Below, piece after piece: positions 18,498 through 28,529 of a stretch of DNA of 32,000 bases. Position numbers and translations under genes: made by a program. How positions within the stretch are numbered: the stretch's first letter is position 1; each line of letters begins with the position of its first letter. Location of the stretch: contig SHMX01000006.1 of NCBI GenBank assembly GCA_008080745.1, positions 149,684 through 181,683 on the forward strand. Direction: 5' to 3'. The notes beneath the pieces are model-generated. The model was not told where the DNA came from. It did no database searches and was given only the letters and a program-made list of their open reading frames with translations. The DNA comes from Candidatus Thorarchaeota archaeon (GTDB lineage Archaea > Asgardarchaeota > Thorarchaeia > Thorarchaeales > Thorarchaeaceae).

Positions 18498-19721
18498 CTA
18501 AAATTCTAAATCATTGAAATTATGAATCGCTGGTAATGAGATATCGGTGCAACTGTGAAATGTCATAAATTGTCTAAGTCCCTCAAAGACTCTATGCTTG
18601 AATTCGCTATCTACATTGAGCCCGTCCTCGAAATACAAATTCTTTACCTCAAGCAGTCCTTTATCACGATGAACTTTCGCATCTAGCCGACCTACAAGAT
18701 TGCAACCATCGAGTATTGGAAGTACAAAATATCCATAAATCCGTTTTTTCTTTGGAACATAGCACTCAATTTTGTAGTCAAAGTTCCATATCTCCTCTGG
18801 ATAATGTCTTTCACGGAGTATATTGTCAAAAGGCGTAAGAATCTTGATGGGGGTATTCTCAAATGACCCAGAATCTGCTTTCTCAAGCTTGTATATATTT
18901 TCTGAAAGACAGTAATAGGAGGTATCCAATCCTTCAATTTTTACTTTAACGATGTAGTCAGACTCGACAAATTTCTCAAGGTGTTTTTCTATCTGTGCTT
19001 GTCGAGTTCCCCATAATTTTCTAGCAGGAATTTTTCCCACATAGGATCGAAAGTCCTTGTAACTGGCCAGACCTAGACAACCAAGAACCGTATCGATCAA
19101 GAACTCCTCAGCTGCTTCATCAGTCAACTTTCTATCATAAATAGAGGAAGGAATGACGCGTTCAGCAATATCATATGCTTTCTGAAATCCTTCACGATAT
19201 GCAACCATCAATTTTCCCATATAGAAGAGATACTCCATTGCGGTCTTCTCAGCCTTCCAATCCCACCAGCCCTCACCTGATTTCTCCCTCGTTCCATATT
19301 CTGAACTTTTCACAGGCCCATTCTCTTTCACATACAGATAGACCTCTTCAATAAAATCCCGATTCTTAAGACCCCATTTCTTGTATGAGCTCCATAATTG
19401 ATCCTCATAGTATTGTAATCGCCATTTATAGAATGGGTAGGTTTCCATTGGCATCAAACATAGAGCATGAGACCAGTGTTCAAACAGTTCACCCTCTCGT
19501 TCATAATCCCAAATCTTACCATCTTTGTAATCTAAATACCGATTGAATGTGATTAGGTTATGGCTTCTAGAAACAACAGAAATTGTATCAATCTGGATAT
19601 TATGAATCCTCTTAGCGACAGAAGATACGCTAGTGCAAGGTGTAGTTGTTCTAAGACCTTGAATATCAAGAATAAAGGGCCTTGCTTGATCCAAAGAAAT
19701 TTCTGTCATAATTGGATGCAC
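18498..19721 (-). CDS. ycaQ: YcaQ/AlkZ-family winged-helix DNA glycosylase (interstrand crosslink repair)
   Basis: IQIDTISVVSRSH, LFEHWSHALC, WWDWK, LTPFDNIL, YKIECYVPKKKRIYGYFVLPIL...VGRLDAK. Confidence 0.88.
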   Translation of the reverse strand: MHPIMTEISLDQARPFILDIQGLRTTTPCTSVSSVAKRIHNIQIDTISVVSRSHNLITFNRYLDYKDGKIWDYEREGELFEHWSHALCLMPMETYPFYKWRLQYYEDQLWSSYKKWGLKNRDFIEEVYLYVKENGPVKSSEYGTREKSGEGWWDWKAEKTAMEYLFYMGKLMVAYREGFQKAYDIAERVIPSSIYDRKLTDEAAEEFLIDTVLGCLGLASYKDFRSYVGKIPARKLWGTRQAQIEKHLEKFVESDYIVKVKIEGLDTSYYCLSENIYKLEKADSGSFENTPIKILTPFDNILRERHYPEEIWNFDYKIECYVPKKKRIYGYFVLPILDGCNLVGRLDAKVHRDKGLLEVKNLYFEDGLNVDSEFKHRVFEGLRQFMTFHSCTDISLPAIHNFNDLEF

Positions 19722-19887
19722 TTATGATAGACTTATGAAAAGTTCTCTCTTTTTATATGAGAAATCAGAGTGATTTTGATAAAGCAAAATATAACACAAT
19801 TCAATGAACTCAAATGCGTTTTACCATTTCTTTCCTTTTTCCATAGAATTTATAGAGTGAGGAAATATCGTATAACTAGGTTCGCTA

Positions 19888-20874
19888 ATGTTTCTTGAAG
19901 CCACTCTTGTCATTTCGTTGCTAATACTACTGTGGTTGGTACTAACATATAGAGGATGGAAAAAGCGTCTTCTCAAATCATTAGGAAATGGTAGTCAGAT
20001 TGCAAATACCTCAATTGGTGAAATCGAATACAGTATGAAAGGGAATGGTCCTGTACTTCTAATGTTACATGGCAGTCCTGGAGGATACGATCAGAGCCTA
20101 TTGGATTTTGAAAGGTGGACAAAAGAGGGTTTCTCATTGTTAGCAATTTCAAGATCGGGCTATCTTCGTACGCCATTAAGTTCAGGGAGAACTTTTCAAC
20201 AGCAGGCTGATGCAATTATTGCATTATTAGATGAATTGAATATTTCCAAAGTTTCAGTTCTTGCAGCATCAGGAGGGGGTCCGACAGCCCTCCATTTGGC
20301 TAAACGATACCCAGATCGAATAAGGGCACTAGTGTTGATGGCTGCTGTATGTAAACAGTATACTGTAAAGGAGGAGCAAAAAAACTCCATTCTTGCTCGA
20401 ATAATTCTGTCTGATTCAATTGCAGATATTGGTGTCTGGTTCTATGATGTTCTTACAAGATACTGGACGTCCAGATCATTAAGAGAGATGTTCAAAGAGA
20501 ATACACTGCTGGAATCAGATGAGTTAGACCTGCTTGTGAAGGAAGTTATGTCCAATGCTGAGCAAGTAGATTGGTACAAGAGATTCATTCGAACCACATG
20601 TCCCATGAGTCTTAGAATACCAGGTCTCAAAAATGATCTCTTTCATCTTGAGAAGGTTTCTTTTGACAATCTTGAAAATGTAACTTGTCCGGCCTTAGTG
20701 ATTCATGGAACCGCAGATGGAGATGTTTCCTTTGATAATGCCGAGTTTTCATCTTCCTCAATCCCAAATTCAAGATTATATAAACTTGAAAATATTGGAC
20801 ATATTCTCTGGTTGGGAAATCATGTTGAAGACATGTATTCAGAGATTTCCAAGTTTCTAAAAGATGTCGAGTAA
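19888..20874 (+). CDS. Membrane-anchored alpha/beta hydrolase
   Basis: N-terminal TM; LHGSPGGY oxyanion motif; nucleophile elbow ASGGGP; Asp (GTADGDV); His (IGHIL). Confidence 0.9.
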   Translation: MFLEATLVISLLILLWLVLTYRGWKKRLLKSLGNGSQIANTSIGEIEYSMKGNGPVLLMLHGSPGGYDQSLLDFERWTKEGFSLLAISRSGYLRTPLSSGRTFQQQADAIIALLDELNISKVSVLAASGGGPTALHLAKRYPDRIRALVLMAAVCKQYTVKEEQKNSILARIILSDSIADIGVWFYDVLTRYWTSRSLREMFKENTLLESDELDLLVKEVMSNAEQVDWYKRFIRTTCPMSLRIPGLKNDLFHLEKVSFDNLENVTCPALVIHGTADGDVSFDNAEFSSSSIPNSRLYKLENIGHILWLGNHVEDMYSEISKFLKDVE

Positions 20875-21011
20875 CATAATCTTGGCACGGTTTTGTTTTC
20901 ACATCTCTTTTGTGAAACCCAATAATTTTGACTACATGATATGAAAACAACTCATTGCGGAAAGCATTAGTTAATTAGAGATGTAACTATGGTTAACTTG
21001 GATTGGAAATA

Positions 21012-21650
21012 ATGAAACGCTTTAAGGATCGAAGTCATGCAGGTAAGGAACTTGCTGAAAGACTTTCAAAATACAAAGATAGAGAAGACATTCTTGTCCT
21101 AGGTTTGCCTCGAGGAGGTATCCCAGTTGCATACGAGATAGCAAAAAAGTTGGATGCACCCCTCGATGTGCTAGTGGTAAGAAAACTTGGACTTCCCTAT
21201 AACGAAGAAGTAGCCTTTGGAGCAATCGCGTCTGGAGGAATTAAGGTGTTGAATGAAGAGATAGTTAATCGAGCTAGACTATCCAAGAAAGCAATGGAGA
21301 GCGTTGTAGAAAAAGAAAAGAAGGAACTAAAGAGACGACAAGACCAATATGGAAGTAGTCTAGGGAAGCGAGATTTCAGAGGGAAAACCATAATCCTCGT
21401 TGATGATGGAATAGCTACAGGCGCCACTATGCAGGCAGCAATAAACGGACTAAAACAGACCGCGGCTGCAAAAGTTGTAATGGCAATCCCCACAGCTCCT
21501 CAAGATAGTTTGAGTGAGATTAGACCCATGGTAGATGACGCAATTTGTATCATGACACCTTCTCCTTTCTACGGAGTTGGAAATTGGTACAATAGATTCT
21601 CTCAGACCACCGATGATGAAGTGAAAAATCTACTAGAGAAATCGAAATAG
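21012..21650 (+). CDS. Type I phosphoribosyltransferase-family protein
   Basis: FKDRSHAGKELA, GLPRGG, VVRKLG, PRPP-binding loop LVDDGIATGATM, FYGVGNWY..FSQTTDDEV. Confidence 0.92.
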   Translation: MKRFKDRSHAGKELAERLSKYKDREDILVLGLPRGGIPVAYEIAKKLDAPLDVLVVRKLGLPYNEEVAFGAIASGGIKVLNEEIVNRARLSKKAMESVVEKEKKELKRRQDQYGSSLGKRDFRGKTIILVDDGIATGATMQAAINGLKQTAAAKVVMAIPTAPQDSLSEIRPMVDDAICIMTPSPFYGVGNWYNRFSQTTDDEVKNLLEKSK

Positions 21651-21888
21651 AATATTATCAAAAACATATCACAGAATCTTTCCCGCAAGAACTAACTACA
21701 CATAATCAAGTATCTCTACATTTGTAAGATATAGTATCATATTGATTTAGCAAAAATATTTTGAACATCATCTCCAAATTCAGTATAGAAGAAAGAATAG
21801 GATAAAACAAAATATTAGAAAATAGAATCCAATAGCTAAGCATATTGGGAGTTTTGCAAATAATACGATAAACAGCAAAGAGGAATTA

Positions 21889-23196
21889 GTGATAAAAATG
21901 CAGCCCATTGGAATTCCCATCCTTTTCATATTCATTGGAACATACTTGGCAATCTCTAGTGAAAAAGTGAATAGAACAGCCATGGCAATGACAGGAATGG
22001 GATTAGCTGGTCTTGCCTTATGGGTTGCACATAGTATTGATCCTTCACAAGGGGCAACCTTTACTCATTTAGTAGAGACTATCGAATGGCAAACGCTCCT
22101 TTTTGTTACAGCCATGATGGTCATTGTCGCAATAGCAGGCCAATCTGGGATGTTCCAATACATTGCACTCAATCTCGCTCGTCCATCAGGAGGGGACACT
22201 AAAAGAATATTCATCACCTTCATAGTATTCGTCTTCTTTGTTTCATTATTCTTTGATACGAGTTCCACCATGCTCATTATAGCACCTCTCACAATCGAAA
22301 TATGTAAAGCACTTGAGATTGATTTCAAACCATATCTGATTGCAGAATCAATTACAGCCAATTTTGCATCGGTTCCATCTCTTGTGGGTGCTGTACCCAA
22401 TCTGGTGATTGCTGGAGAAACGGGAATGGATGCAGGATTACTGTTTTTGACTTTGATGCCGCTTTCCATAATCCTTCTTCTAGTCACTCTACCTATACTT
22501 CTCAAATTATTTGAAGATACAATGATAGAAACAGACTCGGAACTGATTGAAGAAATATTTGACGTGAATCCGGAAGTAATGATCAACTGCCGAACTGATT
22601 TCTTTACTTCATTGATTGGACTGGGCATTCTTGTTTTAGGATTTACCTGGGGTGTGACTATCAATCTTGAACCTGCTCTAGTTGCGGTATTAATTGGTTT
22701 CGGGCTTCTACTTCTAGCTCATGAGAGAGTCGAACGTATTATGTCTCAAGTCAGTTGGTCAACCATTTTCTTCTTGGTAGGAGTCTTCGGACTTGTGGGT
22801 GCATTGGAGATAGTAGGATTCATTGATGAACTGGGAGAAGCTGTTCATATTCTTGTTGCAGATAATACCGGAATAGCTGTAGTATTTCTCACCTGGGTAC
22901 CTGCTGCTTTATCCGCGGTTATTGATAATATCCCTGTAGCAGTGGTATTAGCTCCAATTGCCGAGTCGTTTGCTGCAAGTTCAGCCATATTTCCAATAGT
23001 GCTAATATATGCAGTCAATGTTGGAGGGTATTTGTTACCAATGGGAGCGCCTGCAAATATCTTAGCAATTGCGCTCTCTGAAAAACACAAGGACCCAATT
23101 TCCTTTGCAATGTTTGCAAAAGTAGCCTCTATGATTGCAGTTCTCCATTTGCTTATTGGTACGGGATGGCTTCTCTTGATGTCCATATTGATATAG
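21889..23196 (+). CDS. SLC13/ArsB/NhaD (ion transporter superfamily) permease
   Basis: ~12 TM helices; EWQTLLF, FFDTSST, SAVIDNIP, NVGGYLLPMGAPAN motifs. The alternative start is ATG 21898. Confidence 0.88.
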   Translation: MIKMQPIGIPILFIFIGTYLAISSEKVNRTAMAMTGMGLAGLALWVAHSIDPSQGATFTHLVETIEWQTLLFVTAMMVIVAIAGQSGMFQYIALNLARPSGGDTKRIFITFIVFVFFVSLFFDTSSTMLIIAPLTIEICKALEIDFKPYLIAESITANFASVPSLVGAVPNLVIAGETGMDAGLLFLTLMPLSIILLLVTLPILLKLFEDTMIETDSELIEEIFDVNPEVMINCRTDFFTSLIGLGILVLGFTWGVTINLEPALVAVLIGFGLLLLAHERVERIMSQVSWSTIFFLVGVFGLVGALEIVGFIDELGEAVHILVADNTGIAVVFLTWVPAALSAVIDNIPVAVVLAPIAESFAASSAIFPIVLIYAVNVGGYLLPMGAPANILAIALSEKHKDPISFAMFAKVASMIAVLHLLIGTGWLLLMSILI

Positions 23197-23197
23197 A

Positions 23198-23755
23198 CTA
23201 TACAAGTCCTGCTAACTGTTTCCCCAAATCTCTAGCTTCACTCATCAACTGTTCATCTCTCAATACAGAACCTCTAGAACCATGCCCTGAAGCAAGTATA
23301 GTCCCTTGATGCTTGATTCCTAAGTATGAGAAAATATCCTCTAACATTCCCACAACATGACGACTATAGCTTCTTCCAGAACCACCCGATGGGATAACTA
23401 AAGCACAGAGTTGATCTCTGAAAACAGCACGTTCAACACCATACCATCTATCAATGAAGGCCTTGAGCTGTGCAGAGGGCCCCCACCAATACACTGGAGT
23501 ACCTATAATCCATACAGACGAGTTCTTCATTTTTTCAATTATCTTTTCAAAATCATCATCGTGAATGCAATTCTTTGTTTCTTTACAGGAATTACAGGCA
23601 TTACAGGGCGTTATAGCATAATCATATAGATACACCTTATCAATTCCCGATCCGTATTCATTAGCACTTTTTAGAATTTCACGAATCAAAGAATCAGTAT
23701 TTCCACCTTTACGGGGACTTGCAATGATACCCAAGATATTCTTCATAGCAGGCAT
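23198..23755 (-). CDS. Flavodoxin-fold iron-sulfur flavoprotein (NADPH-dependent FMN reductase family)
   Basis: ASPRKGGNT, CNACNSC....C, GTPVYW, LKAFIDR. Confidence 0.92.
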   Translation of the reverse strand: MPAMKNILGIIASPRKGGNTDSLIREILKSANEYGSGIDKVYLYDYAITPCNACNSCKETKNCIHDDDFEKIIEKMKNSSVWIIGTPVYWWGPSAQLKAFIDRWYGVERAVFRDQLCALVIPSGGSGRSYSRHVVGMLEDIFSYLGIKHQGTILASGHGSRGSVLRDEQLMSEARDLGKQLAGLV

Positions 23756-23801
23756 AGATTATCAAAGTAAAAAGTACTCATATCTTTTCATATTAGAGTA
23801 G

Positions 23802-23848
23802 ATTGTAGGGGAAGTACCGCCCGCGACCCATGGGTACATCCCTACGAT
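23802..23848. other. GC-rich intergenic hairpin
   Basis: ATTGTAGGGGAAGTACC pairs with GGTACATCCCTACGAT (~15 bp with one bulge, one mismatch and one GU), around a 14-nt GC-rich loop. Confidence 0.5.
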
Positions 23849-23863
23849 ATTTTGTTAGCATTT

Positions 23864-24547
23864 TTATGGACTAATAGGAGTCACTGCACCTATACCGGAG
23901 AGAACTCCACCAAAGAACAGATACAAATAACCTATTCCAGCTAGTGCAATTAGAGCATATATGCCCTTGTTCCAACTCGCTATCTTACGTCCATCAAATG
24001 GGCCAACTGGAATCATGTTGAACATGCCTATCCAGGCGTTTAGTAGTATTCCATAAGCGGCTATTGCTGAAATCAATGTATTGGGAGTAAATAGCGCAAT
24101 CAGTAAGAATATTCCCGCAACAATCAGGTTCCCTGTAACTCCAGCAGCTGAAATTTTCCCTTGGCTCTCTTCATCTACTTCATGGGATATCATTACTGCA
24201 CCAGGAGCCGCAAAAACAAATCCCAGAAAAGACATCATCAATGCAAGTAGTAACATCTGGTCAAAAGCTACAAATGCTGCGTTATAGCCTAATTTTTGTG
24301 CCACCCATTTATGACAGAGCTCGTGAAAAACGAAGCCAATACCCAAAGTTAGGAAAGATACAATAAATCCACCCAAGATAGCAGGTGCGGAAAGATTACT
24401 TGTTGCTATACCAAATGCCAGAGAAACAACGATAAGTGCCTTCAAAATATCTATTGTTTCTTCTTGGGAATCAATCTTCCGTAGTTTCTTCTCATATAGT
24501 TCTTCTTTCTCTTCCTCAGACAGTTCTTCTTCATCGACTAAACTCAT
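23864..24547 (-). CDS. Site-2 protease (peptidase M50)
   Basis: FHELCH (HExxH), ISAAG, NMIPVGPFDG (NxxPxxxxDG); multi-TM. The longer start is ATG 24583. Confidence 0.92.
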   Translation of the reverse strand: MSLVDEEELSEEEKEELYEKKLRKIDSQEETIDILKALIVVSLAFGIATSNLSAPAILGGFIVSFLTLGIGFVFHELCHKWVAQKLGYNAAFVAFDQMLLLALMMSFLGFVFAAPGAVMISHEVDEESQGKISAAGVTGNLIVAGIFLLIALFTPNTLISAIAAYGILLNAWIGMFNMIPVGPFDGRKIASWNKGIYALIALAGIGYLYLFFGGVLSGIGAVTPISP

Positions 24548-24691
24548 AATTGTACTTCCAAGATCAAGACATGATGGATACATGTCTATCTTTTAATGAC
24601 TCATATCATTGTAATAAAATTATCGATAGTTAACTATTATTGTTATAAAACATGCCGTTATAGCGAGTGAAGAAGATTAACTAGCAGAAGT

Positions 24692-25255
24692 CTACAGAAA
24701 GTGTAGTGAACTCCATTTTTCAAAAGATTGGTAGAATTGATCCATTTCCTTTTGCAGCTCAGATACATACTTTTTTCCGGTGACTGTCTGAATTAAAGGT
24801 TGAATTATTTCCTGTAGTTCCTGTGCTTTTTCAACAGCACTATCGAAGTTTATCCCATCCCTATGAACTCTATAGCACACCTCACGGATGAGCCCATATG
24901 CCCCCAGAGTCTGCAATTTATCTGCATCAAAAACAATCTTAGCTTCAATTGTCTTCGCATTTGAGATTGTTTCTGGCTCAACGCATTCTACACAATGAAT
25001 TATTGCAAGACGCAGATTCAAATCCAAATTTATGGATTTCAGGAAGGAATCGACATCATCCACCCGTTCTGGATGATATTGATGAAGCAGAGCTCCCAGT
25101 CTAGATACTAAAACATTTGCGGACTCTTCTTTCGCTAGATGTATTGCTAGTTTTTCGGTTCGTTTAGCATGAGAGCGTCCATGAGTATAATCTAGAGAGT
25201 CATAAATCCGATATGCAAACTCAATAATCGCATTCTCTTGATGATCTGTTATCAT
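24692..25255 (-). CDS. HD-domain protein with a degenerate HD motif (H-Q)
   Basis: HGRSHAKR, GALLHQY in place of LLHD (25079-25084), VFDADKLQTLG. The start is uncertain (25255, 25267 or 25330). Confidence 0.75.
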   Translation of the reverse strand: MITDHQENAIIEFAYRIYDSLDYTHGRSHAKRTEKLAIHLAKEESANVLVSRLGALLHQYHPERVDDVDSFLKSINLDLNLRLAIIHCVECVEPETISNAKTIEAKIVFDADKLQTLGAYGLIREVCYRVHRDGINFDSAVEKAQELQEIIQPLIQTVTGKKYVSELQKEMDQFYQSFEKWSSLHFL

Positions 25256-25669
25256 AGTACCAACCATATCATTTTGCAGCATTTCAATCTGGTTATTAAC
25301 CGAAAAAACTAGAAAGAGAATCAAAACCAAGCATGTAATACTTTTTGTTTAGATACTACACTGAATTATGAAGAAAAATTGCTAATACAGGTTATTAATA
25401 GTTTTGATTGCGTTGCATCTCTATTTTATCATCAGTCAATTCAGAGGAGCAGAGATAAATGCCGTCTAATTATTCATGTAATTCCGTCGATTGACACATT
25501 GCCTTATTCCTAGTTATACATCAGTTAATGGTCCTTTATGATTGCTACCAGTCTAATTCCCGATAACAGAATAGTGATATTTTAGAAATACTAAGAAATC
25601 TATAAGATAGAACTTCATCTCAAGATTCTTAAGCAAGTGTACTAAAATATAGTTAAGAGAGTAACAAGA

Positions 25670-26446
25670 ATGAGCGAGAGTGAGAAGAAAGATATTGGAG
25701 CTCCAATTGTGAAAGTACACCAGACAGCTGAATTAGAAATAGAAAACCCACTATTGGTTTTTGGCTTTCCATCAGCTGGACTTGTTGGAACTATAGCAGC
25801 GAATTATCTAGTAGAGCAATATGACATGAAACAGATAGCACATGTGCGTTCGAGATTTATACCTTCTGCGGCGATATTCATTGATGGATTACTTAGACAT
25901 CCATTCAGAATTTATGCAGACGATGAAAAGAAACTACTTGTTGCAGTATGCGAAGTTCCCATTGATGAACAAGGAATCTCAGACATAAGTGAAAGAGTCT
26001 TGGATTGGGCTAGAAACAAAGGAGTAACTGAAACTGTGATTCTGGATGGAATACCTGTTCAAGGAATTCCCCGTGAACGAAAAGTACTCTTCGCTGCAGA
26101 GGAAGAGAAGATAAAGGAACTAGAGAAGATAGAGGACTTGGAGATACTCCAAAAAGGAATTATCACTGGTATTGCTGGAGCGTTACTTGCAGATACGCTA
26201 TCACGTGATATGGTTGGATTTGCTTTTCTAACTCCAACTATGGCGCAACTGCCAGACCCAGAAGGAGCAATGGAGATTCTGCAGGTTATCGATAAACTCT
26301 ATGAGTTTGGAATAGATATGACTAAGATAAAGAAACATGCAGAAGAAGTGAAAGAGAAGCTAAAAGAGATGGCACAGCAGGTCCAATCAATGAAGCAAGA
26401 TCGGTCAGGTGGAGAAAGCAAAGATTACACTAGATATTACGCCTAA
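25670..26446 (+). CDS. PAC2-family proteasome assembly chaperone (archaeal PbaA/PbaB-like)
   Basis: GFPSAGLVGTIAA, RHPFRIY, ILDGI, GIITGIAGALL, PDPEGA, and a C-terminal HbYX-like YYA. Confidence 0.92.
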   Translation: MSESEKKDIGAPIVKVHQTAELEIENPLLVFGFPSAGLVGTIAANYLVEQYDMKQIAHVRSRFIPSAAIFIDGLLRHPFRIYADDEKKLLVAVCEVPIDEQGISDISERVLDWARNKGVTETVILDGIPVQGIPRERKVLFAAEEEKIKELEKIEDLEILQKGIITGIAGALLADTLSRDMVGFAFLTPTMAQLPDPEGAMEILQVIDKLYEFGIDMTKIKKHAEEVKEKLKEMAQQVQSMKQDRSGGESKDYTRYYA

Positions 26447-26473
26447 AGGAAAAGGGGGAGCACTCCCTTCCTT
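26445..26473. terminator. Hairpin between convergent PAC2 and GT-C-like genes
   Basis: AAGGAA/TTCCTT and GGGA/TCCC stems around loop GCAC, located in the gap between the two stop codons. Confidence 0.4.
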
Positions 26474-28008
26474 TACCACACCCAAATTCCAATAAGCTGC
26501 ATAATAGCTGCTTGAACAAATACCAGCATAAGAAGAATAATCCAATCCCTTCTGCAAATTTTCTTTTCTTTTAGATAATAGATAACGGGCATCAATACAA
26601 CAGGTAAAATGAACATGCATATTCTCGCGGTTTCACCCTTTTTTGGAGCACCAGTCATAAAAAGAAGTAGAATAGCAAAAACACTTGCCAGTAGAAGTGA
26701 TAGAAGTTCAGCTGATAATTCATTATCCTGATTCTGTTTTAGTAGTTGATATCCAAATAACGAGAGTGCTGTAAGAATAGGACCATAGAAAACAAGTATA
26801 TCCATTACATTTTGTATACGTGTTACAAAGTAGTTGAGAGGGTTATCAAATAGCATGAAACCGTTCGGATTCTCTGCATTAGTAGCATGAAGAAATGAAT
26901 CAAGATAGTTGAAATCCAAGTAGATCCAAAGTGTGAGATATATTATTCCTACTAGAATGCCAATTACAATCAGGCAAGAAATGTTCTTTGAAAAAGAAAC
27001 AAAGTGTCTGATTATATCTGCATCTTCACGTGATTTCCAATACCGGATAATTTCGAAGAGGAAGAGAAAGAGTGCCATGTACACGAATAGAAACGAAGTG
27101 AACGAACCAAAGAAGAAAGCCAGTGTACTTCCAATAATACGAATTATAATTTTTTCATGGAGATAAAAATACAACAGCGCTGTTGCCCAAAGTGCGACGA
27201 AAGCATAGATATTAGCAAGGTAGTAAATCTGCACAGCAGGAAGTACAAGAAAAAGTAAGACTGCATATTCACTTGTTTTGGTATCGAAATACCTTCTATA
27301 GACACCGTAAAGAAACAACGAACTAAAGATGCTAGTAACCGCTGCAAGGGTAATTGCAATGACTCCAGGATCTTGAAAGAAGATACAGAATAGATAGATT
27401 GTCAAAACAGCAAAGGGTGGTTGTGTCTGAGCATGAGTGGTCAAGGAACCTTGATTTGAAACATAATTTCGTATGAAATATATTGGGTTTTCAATCAACA
27501 TGGCATCTGTTAGTATTTCACCCATTCCACCTATCGAAGAGTAAATCCCAGTTAACCAACCATGGATGAAGTTGGTAGACACAATAAGCATGAAACCGAA
27601 TAATGTGATTACAGGAAGGGGAGGAATTCTCCTCTCGGAATTATGAAAATAATACATTATTGCTAGAAATGAACCAACCACACCTAAGAAGACAACAATT
27701 TCGAGGGGGGACGGTATTGTTAGCTGACCCCATAACGGCCATAGATTATGACTTAGTCCAGGTTCTTGTTGACCTGGAGAGGATGTCCCAGGTGGAGGAT
27801 TGAGTGGGGTAGGATGAATACCATCAGGAGGGTTTTGTTGTATTCCACCACCTATAGGGAAAACTATACCAGAGAGAAGATAGTAAGTCCCAATGATAAT
27901 TGCAAAGAGGCCCATCACAAAAAGATAGTACTTGAAATGATATTTGTCAAAGATAGTTGAAATACACTGCTCTGAATCATCAGTTGACTCATTTATGGTT
28001 TCATTCAT
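26473..28008 (-). CDS. Multi-pass membrane protein, GT-C (PMT-like glycosyltransferase) fold suspected
   Basis: About 13 TM helices; THAQTQPP loop; LFLVLPA and ETARI motifs; Pro-rich N-terminal loop. ATG 28008 with SD GAGGT is preferred over 28074. Confidence 0.6.
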   Translation of the reverse strand: MNETINESTDDSEQCISTIFDKYHFKYYLFVMGLFAIIIGTYYLLSGIVFPIGGGIQQNPPDGIHPTPLNPPPGTSSPGQQEPGLSHNLWPLWGQLTIPSPLEIVVFLGVVGSFLAIMYYFHNSERRIPPLPVITLFGFMLIVSTNFIHGWLTGIYSSIGGMGEILTDAMLIENPIYFIRNYVSNQGSLTTHAQTQPPFAVLTIYLFCIFFQDPGVIAITLAAVTSIFSSLFLYGVYRRYFDTKTSEYAVLLFLVLPAVQIYYLANIYAFVALWATALLYFYLHEKIIIRIIGSTLAFFFGSFTSFLFVYMALFLFLFEIIRYWKSREDADIIRHFVSFSKNISCLIVIGILVGIIYLTLWIYLDFNYLDSFLHATNAENPNGFMLFDNPLNYFVTRIQNVMDILVFYGPILTALSLFGYQLLKQNQDNELSAELLSLLLASVFAILLLFMTGAPKKGETARICMFILPVVLMPVIYYLKEKKICRRDWIILLMLVFVQAAIMQLIGIWVW

Positions 28009-28058
28009 TGTTGGGCGTACCTCAAGTAGAGTTTGAGTAGTTACTATATAGGGATACG

Positions 28059-28103
28059 CCGAAATCATACCCAAATCTATACCAAATCATACCGAAATCA
28101 TTC
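28059..28103. repeat. Four ~AAATCATACC units at an exact 11-bp period (candidate operator array)
   Basis: Units start at 28062, 28073, 28084 and 28095. A TATA-like TATATAG (minus) lies at 28044-28050, downstream of the array. Confidence 0.6.
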
Positions 28104-28526
28104 AAGACTTAGATATAGCAGGACTATCAATGCAATAGTTGTGAAAACATTTGGTATTACAACAAATGGGCCAAGACCGATTTCCTGAAATCCAAAGAGA
28201 ACATGGACAAAAGGATTTGCGGTAATCGCGTATAGCAGTAGGACAAACATAACTACTATTAGACCCATAGTAAATTCAGACTTGATTTTTCGATAAAGTG
28301 TGATATAGATGACTAAGAGATAAGATGCCATTATAGTGTTAGCAAAGGAGGCAGCTGTAGTTACCATCATAAAGATGGGCATGAGATTATTTGGAGGCGG
28401 TGGGAGTGGGACTGGGCTACCAGGCGGACGAATCAAGGTTAGTGATAGCACCGCTCCCAGAATAGCGGCCGCAATGGTTATTATTCCAAGCAAAATGATT
28501 GTAGTTTTATTATTCAATATATTCAC
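28098..28526 (-). CDS. Small 4-TM membrane protein paired with an archaeal ArsR-like regulator
   Basis: Hydrophobic helices; NTIMASYLLVIYITLYRKIKSEFTMGL pattern; Pro-rich loop; GTG start 3 nt after the regulator stop. Confidence 0.75.
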   Translation of the reverse strand: MNILNNKTTIILLGIITIAAAILGAVLSLTLIRPPGSPVPLPPPPNNLMPIFMMVTTAASFANTIMASYLLVIYITLYRKIKSEFTMGLIVVMFVLLLYAITANPFVHVLFGFQEIGLGPFVVIPNVFTTIALIVLLYLSLE

Positions 28527-28529
28527 TTC

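Noticed and set aside
13552-19721. xth and ycaQ as a DNA-repair cluster
   Set aside because: They are separated by unrelated genes and lie on opposite strands, with no shared regulatory motif seen.
25670-26446. Possible proteasome link between PAC2 and the PC-like-repeat NACHT protein
   Set aside because: The genes are about 16 kb apart with many unrelated genes between them, and PAC2 is a ubiquitous archaeal housekeeping gene.
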